A stretch of 64,000 bases of DNA from Lama guanicoe. Its lineage: Eukaryota. Both the position numbers and the translations under genes were made by a program. How positions within the stretch are numbered: position 1 is the first letter of the stretch; every line of letters begins with the position of its first letter. The DNA lies in the NCBI GenBank assembly GCA_013239625.1, contig MU054026.1, positions 682,001 through 746,000 on the forward strand, given 5' to 3'. Of the stretch, positions 1 to 13,254 are shown in pieces. The notes beneath the pieces were generated by a model. The model saw only the letters and a list, made by a program, of their open reading frames with translations, was not told the origin of the DNA and made no database searches.

Positions 1-121
1 TTTAGTTATTTGACTATACCCTAAAAATAAGGTAGGATAACTAAAATGTATAATAACCAAAAACATTATCAATGCTCACTTCTTTAGTTAAAAGATCATG
101 TAATATACATAGAAAAAGTTA

Positions 122-471
122 TAGTCATCCTTCAATATCCATGGGTGGTTGTTTCCAGGACCCCCACAGGTACCAAAATTCACACATGTTCAAGTCCCTT
201 ACATAAAATGGCATAGTATTTGCATGTAACCTATGCATATCCTCCCATATACTTTAAATCATCTCTAGATAATTGATTTATAATAACTAATACAAAATAA
301 TACTATGTAAATAGTTGTAAATATAATGCAAATGATATGTAAATAGTTTCTGGGGCATGGCAAGTTAAAGTTTTGCTTTTTGGAACTTTCTGGGATTTTA
401 AAAAAGTATTTTCAATTCACTGTCGGCTGAATTGTGAGATGCAGAACCCGTGGTTATGGAGGCCCTGTGTG
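122..471. mobile_element. MER2B-like TcMar-Tigger non-autonomous DNA transposon
   Basis: Starts (c>t)agtcatccttcaatatccatggg after TA, contains 'caagtcccttacataaaatggcatagtatttgcat', ends 'gatgcagaacccgtggttatggaggccctgtgtg' + TA; resembles the MER2/MER2B consensus with terminal inverted repeats. Confidence 0.85.
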
Positions 472-1382
472 TAGGAAAAACACAGAGAGAAACATACTGC
501 TACTCCACGCCACCTACCTGCTGTTGACGCTGCCAATTTGAGATTGCTAGAAAGAGCTGGGCTGCTATTATCTCTACACAGCTAAGTAGAATAGAAGATT
601 GTCCTCAAAGATGGCTAGTTTTTGTGTTACTGGCCCAAATGCTTATCCCAGTGAAAGGAAGTAGGGGTGCTTTGGCATTTTTTGCTCCGGTAGCCAAGTT
701 AGAAAAAAAATAGAAATAATAGTAAAGACTAAGTTGCCCAGGACATGTAGGGAGTGGACAATTTCATCAATTATAGTTCACGGGGAATCAAGAATGTAAA
801 CCAGATTAACACATTTTTGTCAGACTTTCTTGTGGAGAATTGTCTTTGTGTCCACATTTGTTTTATGTCTCAGTTAGAAGAGCCTATTGAATGGGATTGA
901 TTTTGTCTCTGCAGACGGGGTATCTTAAAGAGCCTTGGCGACATCTTAATGGCCATGAATTTTCTGTGTTCTGTACTAAAGATAGAGACAGAAAATGAGA
1001 AGCTCACACTGAATATATAATGACTTGAGGGTTTGCACCGGATTTATAAAGCGAAATTGCTCCATTTGGTTTTCTTGCCTTCTGCTTCTTTCTCTTAACA
1101 CACTGATTGGAAGAAAATACTAAATTTGTTATTATTGCAATTCTAATTAATTGAGGCTTTCACCATCATTTGCTAATAATTGTGCCTTCCTGAGGTGGGC
1201 AGTAGACAGGAAAAACAGAGATGAAAATAATAAAAATCACACAAGATTACTCAAAATTGACATTTTATCATAACTTACTGAAGTCCACTTTATTAAGTAA
1301 AAGCAACAAGGTCTGAACTTATCTAGGCACTGACATAAGTGTCTTGACCAAAGAAGTATATTGTTAACAAAATAATAAGTGA

Positions 1383-1553
1383 TTTGAAGTCCAAAGGCCG
1401 GAGTCCAAATTCCAGATTAAGTGTGACATTGATCATGATGATAACTTTTTTTGTGAACCAGTTTCTTCAGCCTCAAAAGAGGAAATAGTAATACTGCTAT
1501 GTATCTTTAAGATTATTGTGATGATCAAATTAGAAGATGTTCATAAAATTGCT
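1383..1553 (+). mobile_element. MIR SINE fragment
   Basis: Degenerate MIR core 'tgtgacattg...ccagtttcttcagcctcaaaagaggaaatagtaata...ttgtgatgatcaaattaga'. Confidence 0.6.
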
Positions 1554-2729
1554 GTGTGACCTGTGAAACCTACGACAACAGGAGATACCATTATCTGAGT
1601 ATGAAGTGAAAAGAATCATGGAATGCAAGAGGAGATGGGATGGGATGGGGTTGGGGCACCACCATATCCTTTCTGTGCTCATTTGACTGATCACATGTAC
1701 AGAGGTGAGATGATATATTTTTAGTAATTAGTGAGCTACTTAAAGTCTCCCTGAACTGTTGGAAAAGAAGCAGCTGGGCTCATCTTCCCAACTTTTATCC
1801 TAATTGCCTTGGTTGTAATAAAGAAATGGAAACTCACCAGTTTAAGGGTTATATCCGATGAGGGACACATTATCTTTAGGTTATCTGATTAAGCATAATT
1901 TGGGTGAGAAAAACTATCCATCAGTGACTTGTTCCAAGGGCTGAGGGAAGCCCCTTGGTTATGCTTGAAACAGCCTGAAACAGATGAAGATCTGAGCTGT
2001 GCAGATTTCCAGGAGAAAAGAGAGGGGGAGGTTTGGTGCACTGGAAAACAATGTTGGCCTGAAAATCTGTAAATCTGGATTTCAGCAACAAGGAAGCAGG
2101 TGACATTGATGATGGGGCCTCTCTTCTTTGGACCCCATTCTTCTGGTGGTGAGTGATCCTTACATTCTCCTTCCTTTTGCTCCCCCAGTACACAGTGCCC
2201 TTAAGATGTCTTACAGAAATCCATTAAAATCTCCCAGGAAAGAATTTAAGGCATTCATACTAAGATACAAATAACTAGTGGGGATTCCACTAAGTAAGGA
2301 ATGGAGATTTTAAGCCAAAACAATGAAGCATCAGCTGTAGTTTTCCGGGCATTCATCAAAAGCTGCGGGGATTGTTTTGGAAGCTAAGAGGAACTTTCCA
2401 ACCACCTACAATCATAACTTGTAGGTAGCCCTGCTTCCTTCCTATCCTGTCATCTGACACAAGTGGAAAGATGGATATGGGATAAGCAATAAGCCTGGTT
2501 GGTTAATGGCAGTGTCCAGGCCCTGTGTGTCTGCCAAAAAAAAAAAAACAGATGAACACTTGGGAGAAAGAACGCAGCTCCCCACCCTGCTCCTCTAGCT
2601 TATGTCCCAATCCCCTCTCTGTGGGTTCCAGGAGACTATTTAGTCTTAATAGCCCACACTTGAAGCTGACTGTACTCTGTAAATAAATTAGAATTGTACA
2701 ATTCTGAAAAAGGAGATGCTTGACTACAT

Positions 2730-2851
2730 ATGTTTAGTGTCTGGACCGCTTGGGAGAAATGCAGACTCACAGGCTCACTTCAGACCCACGGAATCAAACT
2801 CTGCATTTTAACAAGATCCCTAGGTGCATAGGGAAGTTTGAGAAAGCACTG
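2730..2851. mobile_element. MER5A-like hAT-Charlie fragment
   Basis: 'gaaatgcagactcacaggctcacttcagacccacggaatcaaactctgcattttaacaagatccctaggtg...agtttgagaaagcactg' resembles MER5A. Confidence 0.75.
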
Positions 2852-5199
2852 AATTCATGTATCAGTGCATTTATTTCCCAGTAATTAAACATCCCTGGTG
2901 GATTGCCACCAAAAGCCCTTTCCCCTAATTTAAGCAGTGCTTCTTGCAATGCTGCTTTCGTCCTCTGGCTGCCAACACAGAGTTGTCAGATCCCCCAGGC
3001 CCGCTCTGCATCACCGTGGAGCCCAGCCAAACATATTTAGTTCTTTTAATGTTTGCTCATAAATCAAGTCCTGCATTCCCTTAATCAAACCAGCAACCCT
3101 CCACTGACTTTACAGCAATTTATCAACCTTTTTCTATATCTGAGACGCTCTAGACCTGAATGCAATTTTCTATGAGAGGGCACAGCCATTATTTACAGGA
3201 TTTAAAAGTCTTTTTAAGATACGTGATCAAGGCTAATAACCGACAAAGTCGAGGCAGTGTATGAGCAAAGAGTAAACAATCAATTAGAAACTTGCTTGAC
3301 AGCATTGTCACCATGGTCATCATCATTACCACCAAGTACAATTCAAAAGATAGCTCTTAAACTCTTACCTTGTGGACATTAGGTGCTAAGAGTCTGAAAA
3401 GGCGTAAGAGAGGATCCCATTCCATGGAAAGCTGTGAGTCTCATTGGAGAAAAAAGTTTTCAATAAAATAAATAATAGGCAGCTACAAAGGAATATACTA
3501 TGTGCATAATAAGTGGTTGAGAAACAGTGGAGGAAAAGGAATCACTGTGGACCAGAGCCCTTCAGAGGGGCCTCAGGAACATGCAAAACTCTGGATTAAT
3601 GGAGAAAAGCAGAAAGGACATTCTGAGAAGAGTAAATAAAGTAAAAGCGTGGTTCAAAACAAAGCTTTGACTTTTTTCTATATAGACCCTCCACTTAACA
3701 TATGCTGAGACTGAATATTTCTTTTTCCCTCTACATTTCCTGTACCTCCAAGTGTTCTTTAGTAATCATGCACTATTTTTAAAAGATAAAATAAACGATA
3801 CTTATGAAATAGAGATTGAAAAAAAACCCTTAGTTTGTATTTCTTTAAATCATGTTATCTCTTTAATCCAATAGAAAGAAATAGTGTGCACAGAGGGAAA
3901 AAATGAGGTCTCTTTAACTGTCCTGTTTTCCCTTTTAGTCTGGCTGCAGGAAGGGAGCAGAGAAGAACAAACAGTCTTCAACATTTTCTAGCAAAAAATT
4001 TGAACTAAGACTCAGGAGACAAGTTCTATGTCAGGTCCTGCTATGAACAAGTGACATGATGTTGGGTGTCGCCTACTCCCTCACATGCCAAGGAGGGTTG
4101 TAGCATGATTACCCCCTAGGTCGTCAAGGTCTTATTAGATGATAAGACCTTCGTATGGGACTTCCAATATCCTGATTTAAATGTGTGATGTACTGCGATC
4201 AAATGACCACGGAATTTATGGTTCAAATCCAGACACCTTTGAGGAGGTTACTATTTACATCAGAGCTGCTGTCATCAACTGAGACTGTCCTGGCCCATCA
4301 AACTGCCTGGTCACCTCAGCCGGTGCAGCCCAGGTCATCGCTAGAAGTCTGTTTCGGGGGAAAGAGAAGGAATCCTTTGCCTGCACAGGAACAAATCGTT
4401 TGGCTTTGTGAAACCAAGAATTTGATTCTCCATTTTAAGCAATTCTGTCCAGAAGCCACGTTTTGTGGGGAGGACAACTCAGTGCATGGAGTGAAAGACA
4501 GGGATTTGCTAGCTATGATTTCCCAGTCTCTCCCTCTCACCTCTGCTCTGGGAGATTGAGTTAGAACTGCTCTCAAGGCCACAGAAGAGATTGATGCATA
4601 TTCTAATTCCTAATGCCCGCAGGGCAGTAACTCAGGCCGATTCCTCCAGCTACAATAACAAGGTTTATTTTATTGCAGTGTGAAGGCTGTTTGGGGCCTC
4701 AGTAGGAGAGCATGCCTCCTGGCTCGAAAAGGCTAAACGCCTGCTGAGTTCGTCCCCAACTTTCTCCTTAACTTTGCTTTATTGTTATGACCCTCAAGAG
4801 GCCACTAAGCAGGAGTTCGTGGAAGGAAGAATGGAAGTGACATTTGTATTGTTATTCAGCACATTTTGGCAGTCTATTATCTGGGAACTCATTCCCCTAC
4901 ACTCCCCAAGGAACTTCCTATGAAATAATATTAACACATTAAGCACAAAATGTGAGGCTGCATTAATTAATATCGGGTTCGGCTCTCCTGCAAACGGTGG
5001 TCCAACTGTGTTCCTTTCAGTGAAATCAAACATGGAGGTGGGTGCTACGGTGTGAAAGGTCACGGGGTGATCTGGAGGGTGACTAGGCATAGAAGATGCC
5101 TAAAACCACCTTGACCAGCATGAAGAAAAAGAGAAATGTGAAACTTATCTTCTAGAATTAAAAAATCTTCCATGGAGTAAAGAAGAGCATTTATAAGCA

Positions 5200-5295
5200 A
5201 TATATAATCTATATGATATATATTATATATAATATAATGTATACATTATACAATAATATTATAATATATAGTAATATTATAATAAAATATATAAC
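5200..5295. repeat. AT-rich/(TA)n low-complexity tract
   Basis: Degenerate tatataat/ataatat runs. Confidence 0.8.
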
Positions 5296-5299
5296 TGAT

Positions 5300-5690
5300 A
5301 TTTTACTTTGGACTAATTTTAGGCCAACAGAAAAAGTTAACAAAAAATACTAGTAAATAAATAAATTATGTGAATAAAATATAGTCATAAACTCCTCACC
5401 CAGTTTTTTCTAATGTCAACATCCTACATAACCATAGTGCAAAACCAGGAAATCAACTTGGTATAATTCTGTTAACTAAGCTACAGATCTTATTTGAATT
5501 CCATCAGTTTTTCAACTAACGTCTATTTTTCTGTTCCAAGGTCCTACCCAAGATCACATACTGCATTTATTTATAATGTATCCTTAATTTCTTCCAGTCT
5601 GGAACAGTTTCTTAGTCTCTTTGTCTTTCAATATCTTGACACTTCAGGAAAGTGCTAATATTTATTTTTTCATGATCACTGGTCAAAGCT
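5300..5690 (-). mobile_element. Old L1 (L1MC4-like) 3' end fragment
   Basis: 'cacccagttttttctaatgtcaacatcctacataaccatagt...aactaagctacagatcttatttgaattccatcagtttttcaactaacgtc...ctgttccaagg' resembles the reverse-complement L1MC 3'UTR. Confidence 0.75.
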
Positions 5691-6394
5691 CTACTCAGTC
5701 TTGCCATTTTTGGTGTGTTCATGAATGTAAGTTTTGTTCAGTGTCCTTGGCTTCTTTGGAAGTAATCTCTCTTAGAAATATTTTACTTTGCAAAAGGGTG
5801 ACAGTCGGCACAAGAATTTACTTGGAGGATGTGCCTAGTTTCATAAGCAAAAGGGATGCTGTCTTAATTCATTTTTAAGTCTTCAGGATTTAAAAAAAAA
5901 TTTTAGGCCACAGATGTCACATTCAGTGAACACGCAGTAAACTCCTCTGCTGAGCTGGGAGTTGTGCTTCTTGTGAAGGGCACACACGTGGGATGACATA
6001 GTTTCTGCTTTCAAGAAAAAACTAAGCGTTGGACGACATCTTCAGAGGACAGTAAGCTGTGACCCTTTGGTTTCTTTTAGTAGTTGTGGCCAAAAGTCCA
6101 TAATGTCTTATTTTAGTCCACATGGCGGGTATCTGGAACATTTGTTTAGAGAAGTCAGTTCTGAAAGGGTGTCTTTTATGTTATTCTAGAAAAGATTTAT
6201 TAAAAAACAGGAAGTATTACCTGTGTCACCAGAACCAGGGAAGATTTGCTTAACATGGAAGATTTAAGCAGATGAAAATTTCTCCATAGAAACTCTCCAA
6301 GTTTTGAAAAATTTGGTGTCTGGTGGCTAAACTATCAGATTTTCTTTTATGACCATGTAATGTAAGTTATAACCAATTTTTTTTTAGCAAAGAC

Positions 6395-6535
6395 ATTTTT
6401 ATTGAAGTATGGTTGATGTACAATATTATACAAGTCACAGGTGTACAATATAGTGATTCACAATTTTTAAAGGTTACACTCCATTTAGAGGTATTATAGA
6501 ATATTGACTATATTTCCCATGTTGTACAATATATA
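6395..6535 (-). mobile_element. L1 3' terminal fragment (laurasiatherian/cetartiodactyl type)
   Basis: 'ttttattgaagtatggttgatgtacaatattatacaagtcacaggtgtacaatatagtgattcacaatttttaaagg' is a reverse-complement L1 tail. Confidence 0.8.
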
Positions 6536-7244
6536 TAACCAATTGTTGCAATAAATGCAGAATCAACACTATTCTAGCTTTTGCAGAGGTAAGGAATTAG
6601 TGAAATATACCTTGAATAATCTTAAGCATTCTAATTATAATTAAAATTAAGATGCTATTTTTCTAGAAACAATTGTCACTTTCTGAAGCTTGCAAAATAT
6701 TGTAGTTACCGAAACTATGCTCTGTCGTGAAATGGCAAAAATGTGTGCACCTAATCTGTGATGCCCTGTAGCCAATGAAGACAACTCAGGTAGCTGCCAT
6801 TGATTGAATGTAGTAGCAGAGCGGGAGCATTTAATCAATCATAAAAGCCACTTTAATCCATTGTATCCCTCCAGAGCTAGAGCGATTAGAGAAATTGCGC
6901 CGTAGGCCAGAATACAAAATGGGGAACAGGAAAAGGGCAGGGAAAAAAGAATATCTCCCTTCTATGCCAGGGTCTTCATGTTTTGAAATGTGTGAAATGG
7001 ATAAAGTGTTATACACATTATGTGGACCATTTTGGCTACATAGATATGACAAAGCTATGCCCACACACATAAGTGAGCACAAGCAGGTGTAGCAGTTTGA
7101 GATAAAAAATAATAAGACTGGATTTTTGAAGAATAGTGAACATTGTGTGGTGTATCAGTTCTCTTGAAAGTTACTTAATTCCCGCCCAAATGAGAAATTC
7201 TAACATCACTCATGCCACAGCTACACAAGGAAAGAGGTTAGTGC

Positions 7245-7326
7245 CAGAAGAAGAAGGAAGAGGAGGAAAAAAGGGGGGAGGGCAAGGAAGAGAAGGAAAA
7301 GGAAAAGGAAGAGAAAAAGGGAGGAA
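7245..7326. repeat. Purine-rich (GA-rich) low-complexity tract
   Basis: agaagaagaaggaagaggaggaaaaaaggggggag...gaaaaagggagg. Confidence 0.8.
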
Positions 7327-8033
7327 CTGAGGTGCTATGTAATTGGCATTTCAGATTTGATGTAAGAAAATGGTCAGTCCTGTGAATCATCATGTGGCTT
7401 GGAATGATCTCAGACCAAGAGAGGTCATGATGAGAGAGAATCATAGGACAAAAGAAGATAGAGGGGTCATCTATTTGGGTAGATGAGTGAGGGTTTTTGT
7501 TGGTCCATTCTGAAGAAGAGTTATAGTAAATACCATAACCATACGGTATGGATCAATTATACTTGTATTACCTACATATATAACACCTGTGTGTCTATTG
7601 CTACTTCTCTATTCCAGTTATCTCCATATCTTAAATATATATTTATATATATTTAGCCAAGAATTAATCTGTTTATATCACAGTGTATTCAGTTAATTTC
7701 TCTGTTATCTTGGCAAAGTCTTGACATACAAGTATCATTAAATGGTCAATGAGGAGACAATTCTGAAAGAGCTGGATCCAAATGACATTTGAAATGGAAA
7801 CAGTGGGTCCCAGAACTGGTGAAACAGGGAAATATTTCCCCTGATAATGATCCTTTCTTGCATTTTTCTGCAGCATTTTCTGCCATGGTGTCTACCCATC
7901 TCTAGAACCAAACTGAAGGGGAGTCTGCCTTCTCAGTGCTTACATAAAGCCTTTTCTCACCTCCAGCCCTTCTTGTTTACCTTCTAGCCTTAATGTTTTG
8001 GGATATATTGTAGTTCTTGATTACTTTCTCAAC

Positions 8034-8170
8034 ACTTTATTGAGGTATGACTGACATATCAAAAGCGGTACATGTATATTATAAGACTTGATAAGTCTGG
8101 ACATAAGTTCACATCTGTGAAACCATTGCTGCAGCCTATGTTATAAACATATCTCTCATCTCCAAAAGCT
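8034..8170 (-). mobile_element. L1MA/L1MB-type 3' end fragment
   Basis: 'ctttattgaggtatgactgacata...catctgtgaaaccat...ataaacatatctctcatctccaaaag' resembles the reverse-complement L1M tail. Confidence 0.7.
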
Positions 8171-8934
8171 CATGATTATTTTCCATGGATATTAGTTTTG
8201 ACTGCACAATGCTAGTCATACAATAAACATCTTTTAAATACTTAAAAAAATCAATTCATCAGATTTGAAGTTTTGAGGTGGTACTGAGCAGCATAAATAG
8301 CCACTGTCTTCAAGGAATTGATAGAAAGCAATGTTAATAGGACATTACATAATGTAAAACAGCTTGTGTATGAGAGCATATAAGTGTAAATTGTGGGATA
8401 AAATTACTATAAGAGCTGAGAGAAGATCAAAGCATAATACAATCAGTGAGACCTCCAATGGTCAGAGGAAACTTCAGGGAGGAGGCGAGGATTAAACCCA
8501 GACCATCACAATGAATTTGATTAATTTGATTAGTAAATGGAAAGACTGATTGAGAGAATCCATAGAGGCAACAGAAGCTAAAGAAACGACCCAAAATTTC
8601 CTGTGAAACAATAGAGGGCACAGAGATTTTTAGGGGTGATCAAGAATGTTAGAGAAGACAACGACCTTAGCATAATTGCTTCAGAAGCCACTCTTTTCCA
8701 AAAATGTTTCAAGGTGAGGATTCATGGTATAGTGTTCGTGAGTCATTTCTCTCGATGACACAGCGTAGCCTTGTGCTGGAAAATCCCAAGGGAATGGGCA
8801 AGGAGGACAGTTTTTTAAGGAGAAACTAAGGAATGGCTCTGATGACACAATATTTGAAGACAGTTGGGGTCACCAAGTTGGACAAGGAGAAGGACTCAGA
8901 CTATGGAAGGCTGACCCCCTAACCAATACTTTAT

Positions 8935-9395
8935 GATGATGGCTGTTTGTCTCCCAGTTTCTATCCTCTACCTTTTCCTTTGAGAATTAGAACCTCTGAA
9001 TTTTAGCTGCATATGTGGCTGCCTCAAATAAAGACTAAACGCTCCAGATTCCCTTCTGCTTAGGCTCAGCCATTTGTATAAGTTTTGGACAATGGCTGCG
9101 AGCAAATGCACGTGTTAAATTTTCAGGTAACGCCCTTAAAAGAGAGTGGGCATGAGTTCTATGTCCTCTTGTTCTCCTTCCCTGTGGGCTGGGATGGGGT
9201 GTGATGGTGAGCTGTCTTGGACCATAAGGATGAGGCAACACCCCAAAAGGGCAGAGCCACAGGATGGAAGGAGTCAGGGTCTCCAGCTCTGCTGGGTCAC
9301 CATGCTAGACCTCAACTAACAAACTTCTACGTAAAACAGAAATGCACTTCTCTTTGACTTAAGCCACTTTATTTTGTGGGGGGATCTCTTTCATT
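8935..9395 (+). mobile_element. MLT1J-like ERVL-MaLR solo LTR
   Basis: 'tagaacctctgaattttagctgcatatgtggctgcc...aataaagacta...gatggtgagctgtcttggaccat...gatgaggcaacaccc...ggcagagccacaggatggaaggag...ttaagccactttt' resembles MLT1J. Confidence 0.8.
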
Positions 9396-11774
9396 TAGGG
9401 ATTACTGCCAAGAAGTCTATATTTTGACGCGTGTTTAACTAAAGACTTCTTGATTACTTGAGTAAATTACCAAAAGATGTTTCAATATGAACACGTAACA
9501 TGTGATCTGGTCACATTTTCTCTTGGAGAATTTGATATTTTTCTTGGTCTTACACATAATTCACTCTGCAGGGAGAATGGCAGCTTCATGGCTCCATCTA
9601 TATTTTTACCTTATTTATTTGTGTTGATAGTGGAGTAAAGTACCATAAATATATGGCTTACTGTTTCAGAGTGTTTTGTGTCACTGCTGTAGTTACTTGA
9701 GGAATATAGCTGCTTATTTTATAATCCTTATTTTGGAAGTTCTTTTGAAAGTGGGTATTAAAACATGGAAGCACATGACTTCTTTACAAGATTTATCGTG
9801 TCTCAACTTTGAACTTTCAAGATACCGGGAGAGGATAAGTAATCATTTGCCAGCAGCCATTGTGTGGGGTCATTCATGTCATTCAGGTCATCACAAACAG
9901 TGACACAAAGGCTTGTTCTCTGTTGGGTTTCATAATTTCATTTCCCTGGCTTCATTAACACTGAATAACTGATGTGGGCAACATTTAAAAAGGTGTGGGT
10001 GTTGAAGTCAGAGAAGTTCACAGGGCTGGGTGTTCTTCAGGGAACAAACACTTTTCAAAAGTCACTCAGTGTTTGCTCCTGCTTGGTTTCTTCTGTTTCT
10101 AACCACCTCGAATTCCAGAGCCATTTCTGACTGAAGCAAAGGGTTAGCAACCTTGCAACGGTGTGTGTCCTGCCAGGTAAGCAGGGGAAAGAAGGTTTTA
10201 TGACAGCCCTGGACTCTGAAGGAGAGAAAAGTGGTCTCACTTAGCCTTGTAAAACCATAGCCTTTGAGCTAGTCAGGAGTGAAAAATGTCTCAGAGGGCA
10301 GTTCCTTGGTCATCAGATTTTATCCAGAAGCAAGAGCAATGGCTATAAAAGTAGTTTAATATTTTGAAAAAATCAAAATTTCCAGAGAAAAACATTTTTC
10401 TTTCCCACTTTCTTTCATTGAACTAATAAAAACACTTTTACTTCTGTTTATTCCTTCACATTTCTTCCTTTCCAAGCTGCTACCATTTCTTCTTCCTCTT
10501 GCTGAAGAAATAGTACTTTCAAGGTCATAAAGACTAATAGGACATGAGGAAGTCTAGAGTCAGTGACCCAAGGATGCCGTGGGATGGAGCCGATAGGCAA
10601 GCGTCTCCAGGGAGCTGTTTTTCTTTCAGCCTCAGAAGCAGCCCTGCTCAGTCTCCCCACCAGCAAGGTGCCTAGCAAAGACTCAGTGACACTCAAGTAC
10701 ATCAAGCAGATTTACTAATTTATGTCCATGGGATTTGCAAACCTCACTGTAATGTATTCTGAAAATTTTGCATTCTTTTGAGAAGATATATTAAATCTCA
10801 GGCCCTGGGCTCTGATTGATCCCAATCCTGGGCTAATATATTAGACTGTCACACAGTATCTGACAAGCTTTTATTATGGATTTGAAAAGGCTAGCATTCT
10901 GGCTGAAAAATCCTCAAAGGTCATTCCTGGAAAAAAAGAATTTAGGCTTTGAGACTGGGTATGAAATTGGGAGAGCCTTTTCTTCTCGCAATGTGGGCAA
11001 CACCAAATACACGGTGTTGGTACCAGTTGTCTGTGTCAAGATGTGGGGTGTCTGCTTGGAGAGGGCTGCCTCAGTCCAAGGTCGTGAGATTCATTCCCAA
11101 CTGGGAAGCATTGATTTTCTCATGGCTAATCTATAGCTTTCGAATGCTTGTTAACCTAGGCCATCTTACTCCAAATAAATATCTTTGGAATCAAGAGGAC
11201 CCCAGAGGAATGTTGATATGCCATTTTACCTTTCAAAAATTAGGATGTCAGAAAAACTCCAGATTTTGCCCATTGTCCACCCAAATTCTTTACTCTCTCA
11301 AGTCTCTATCAGAAGGCCTAATCTTAGAAATTTCTGCCAAGGATACTGGTAATAACACAACTCTGACTGCTAACAGAGGTTTAATGAATGTCTTGAGAAT
11401 TGAAAGCCCCAAACCTCAAAGGAACAACACTACAATGACTGAGTAAAACCTATTTGGTTAATGTTTTGGGAGAAAACCTTGGACGTGGGCCCCATAAATC
11501 AAATTGCTGAAGGCTTACATCTAGCCTGGCTGGCCCACTTCCTCCCCTGGGGTAAAGGAAACAAAACACCGGTGGCAGATCAAGAGTGCCAGCTGCGTGC
11601 AGGGACATCATATGGTGTGAAAATGTCTTAGGGTGGCCGTCCCGGGCCTTTTCTCACACTAGCTGAGCTGCTTTAGAAATACGCTTTCCTTGTGGATTCA
11701 AAGAGGACGTTAGGGTGGATGATTTCATATAGTGGCTCAAAGTGGATCTCTTGGGTTTCAGCCTCCTGAGGAAA

Positions 11775-12234
11775 TGTGACAGCAACCTGAATCCCGTAGA
11801 GACCAAGTGACACTCGGAGGGTTGGAGAATTAAGGTTATTATGCCGGCGGGCCCAGAGGAGTTAACACTCCAAGCTCTGGAACCTGTCTGTAGGTTTACA
11901 CAGGCTTTTATAGGGTTTTAGTTTTCAATTAAGTTCACACCATATGGAAATGAGGTGTTAGAAATGGACCAATCAGAAGTGAGCTTTTGGGGACCAGTGG
12001 AATTTTAGGGGTAAGTTTTGTTTTCCTAGAAGCAAGCCGTTTTACAGAAGCGCAAAAGCGGGAAGGCAATGGCCCTGGCTGCGAGGTCTTGCTGGTCCCT
12101 TTGTGTGTTTTGCCCCTTCAGCACCCAGGGAAGTAAGTTTGAGAATGAGAATGAGCACAGACACCCTGGTGAACTTTCTCTAGTGTAAGCACATCCCGGC
12201 GAGAGAAAAAGTGTCTTATTCAAGGGTGGTTACA
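11775..12234 (-). mobile_element. ERV solo LTR, 460 bp, 6-bp TSD (ERV2/betaretrovirus-like TSD length)
   Basis: TG...CA termini; flanks aggaaa (11769-11774) and aggaga (12235-12240); minus-strand AATAAA and TATA-like elements; homologous to the LTR at 47918-48271. Confidence 0.85.
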
Positions 12235-13254
12235 AGGAGATTTGCCCACAACACCTGCGGATTGATAACATTCCAGCTCACTACATCGGCAGAGCTGATT
12301 CTAACTTTGTTCGTTGGATATGGTTTGGTGGAACTGTTGTAAAGTGTCATTCCGGGTGACGTTCCAGGTATGTGGCAAAAATTATCCTATTTTACTTGGG
12401 GATCATTCAGATTTTAGGAGGGTGAGATGAAATGATTTGGAACAAGTAAGATATCCCCTACCCACCCCACTCCATGAGGTACAGACTTTAAAAAAATAAA
12501 GTCGTTTGCTGGAAAATATACTTATCTAAAGTCATAAAATACTATGAGGAAACTTTTCAAATTATACAATGTGTTGCTTCGGTAAGAGAGAACAAGTACA
12601 AAGCTATACAGCAGTATCACTGTTTAATCTGGAAAGGGACGATGCCAGAGTTACCTATTTTAGAGGGTAGAGAAAACTGGGCTTTTTCTTTGTGGTATGA
12701 TTTGAGCGGTGAAGGTAAGGTCCCTCCTGGAGCAAGAAAATTTATGAGTTACAAGATCTTAAGATTGCAAGGATCCAACTGAGTTTTAATCATGGGATGA
12801 TGGCACAACATTAAAGACACAGAAGTAAGCCAAGAACACAGCTGGACACGTTCAATCCATGTTGGCGTCCATCATTATCATAGTCATTGTTAAAGCCACA
12901 GGATTTCCCTGTGCACACTTCATCCTTTTACTTTAATAATAATAATATTACCATAATATTTTACCATTACTTGTGTTCCTTTCTTCTTTCTTGACTGCAG
13001 ATCCCTAAGGTAGGAACTGTGCTTGAATAAGATATTTTTAAACATTCTGTGCTTGTCTAAATTTGGGTATTAGAAATAAACAAATAAAGCAAGCTTTATT
13101 TTGCATATGGAAATTGTCCTCTGCAGATGGATTTTTTCTCCCTTCAGAGAAAAATGGCAGCCATGAAAAACCCAGTACTCCAGTTTCAAAGAGTAAGTAG
13201 GTTTTCTCTCAAAACTGTACTGCACATTAAAATGTCACTGTACACAGGTGTGAC

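Noticed and set aside
4185..4559. 124-aa ORF with an overlapping antisense ORF
   Set aside because: No recognisable family or motif and no supporting splice context.
10949..11446. Longest ORF (165 aa)
   Set aside because: Non-ATG start, no recognisable domain or exon structure; consistent with a chance ORF.
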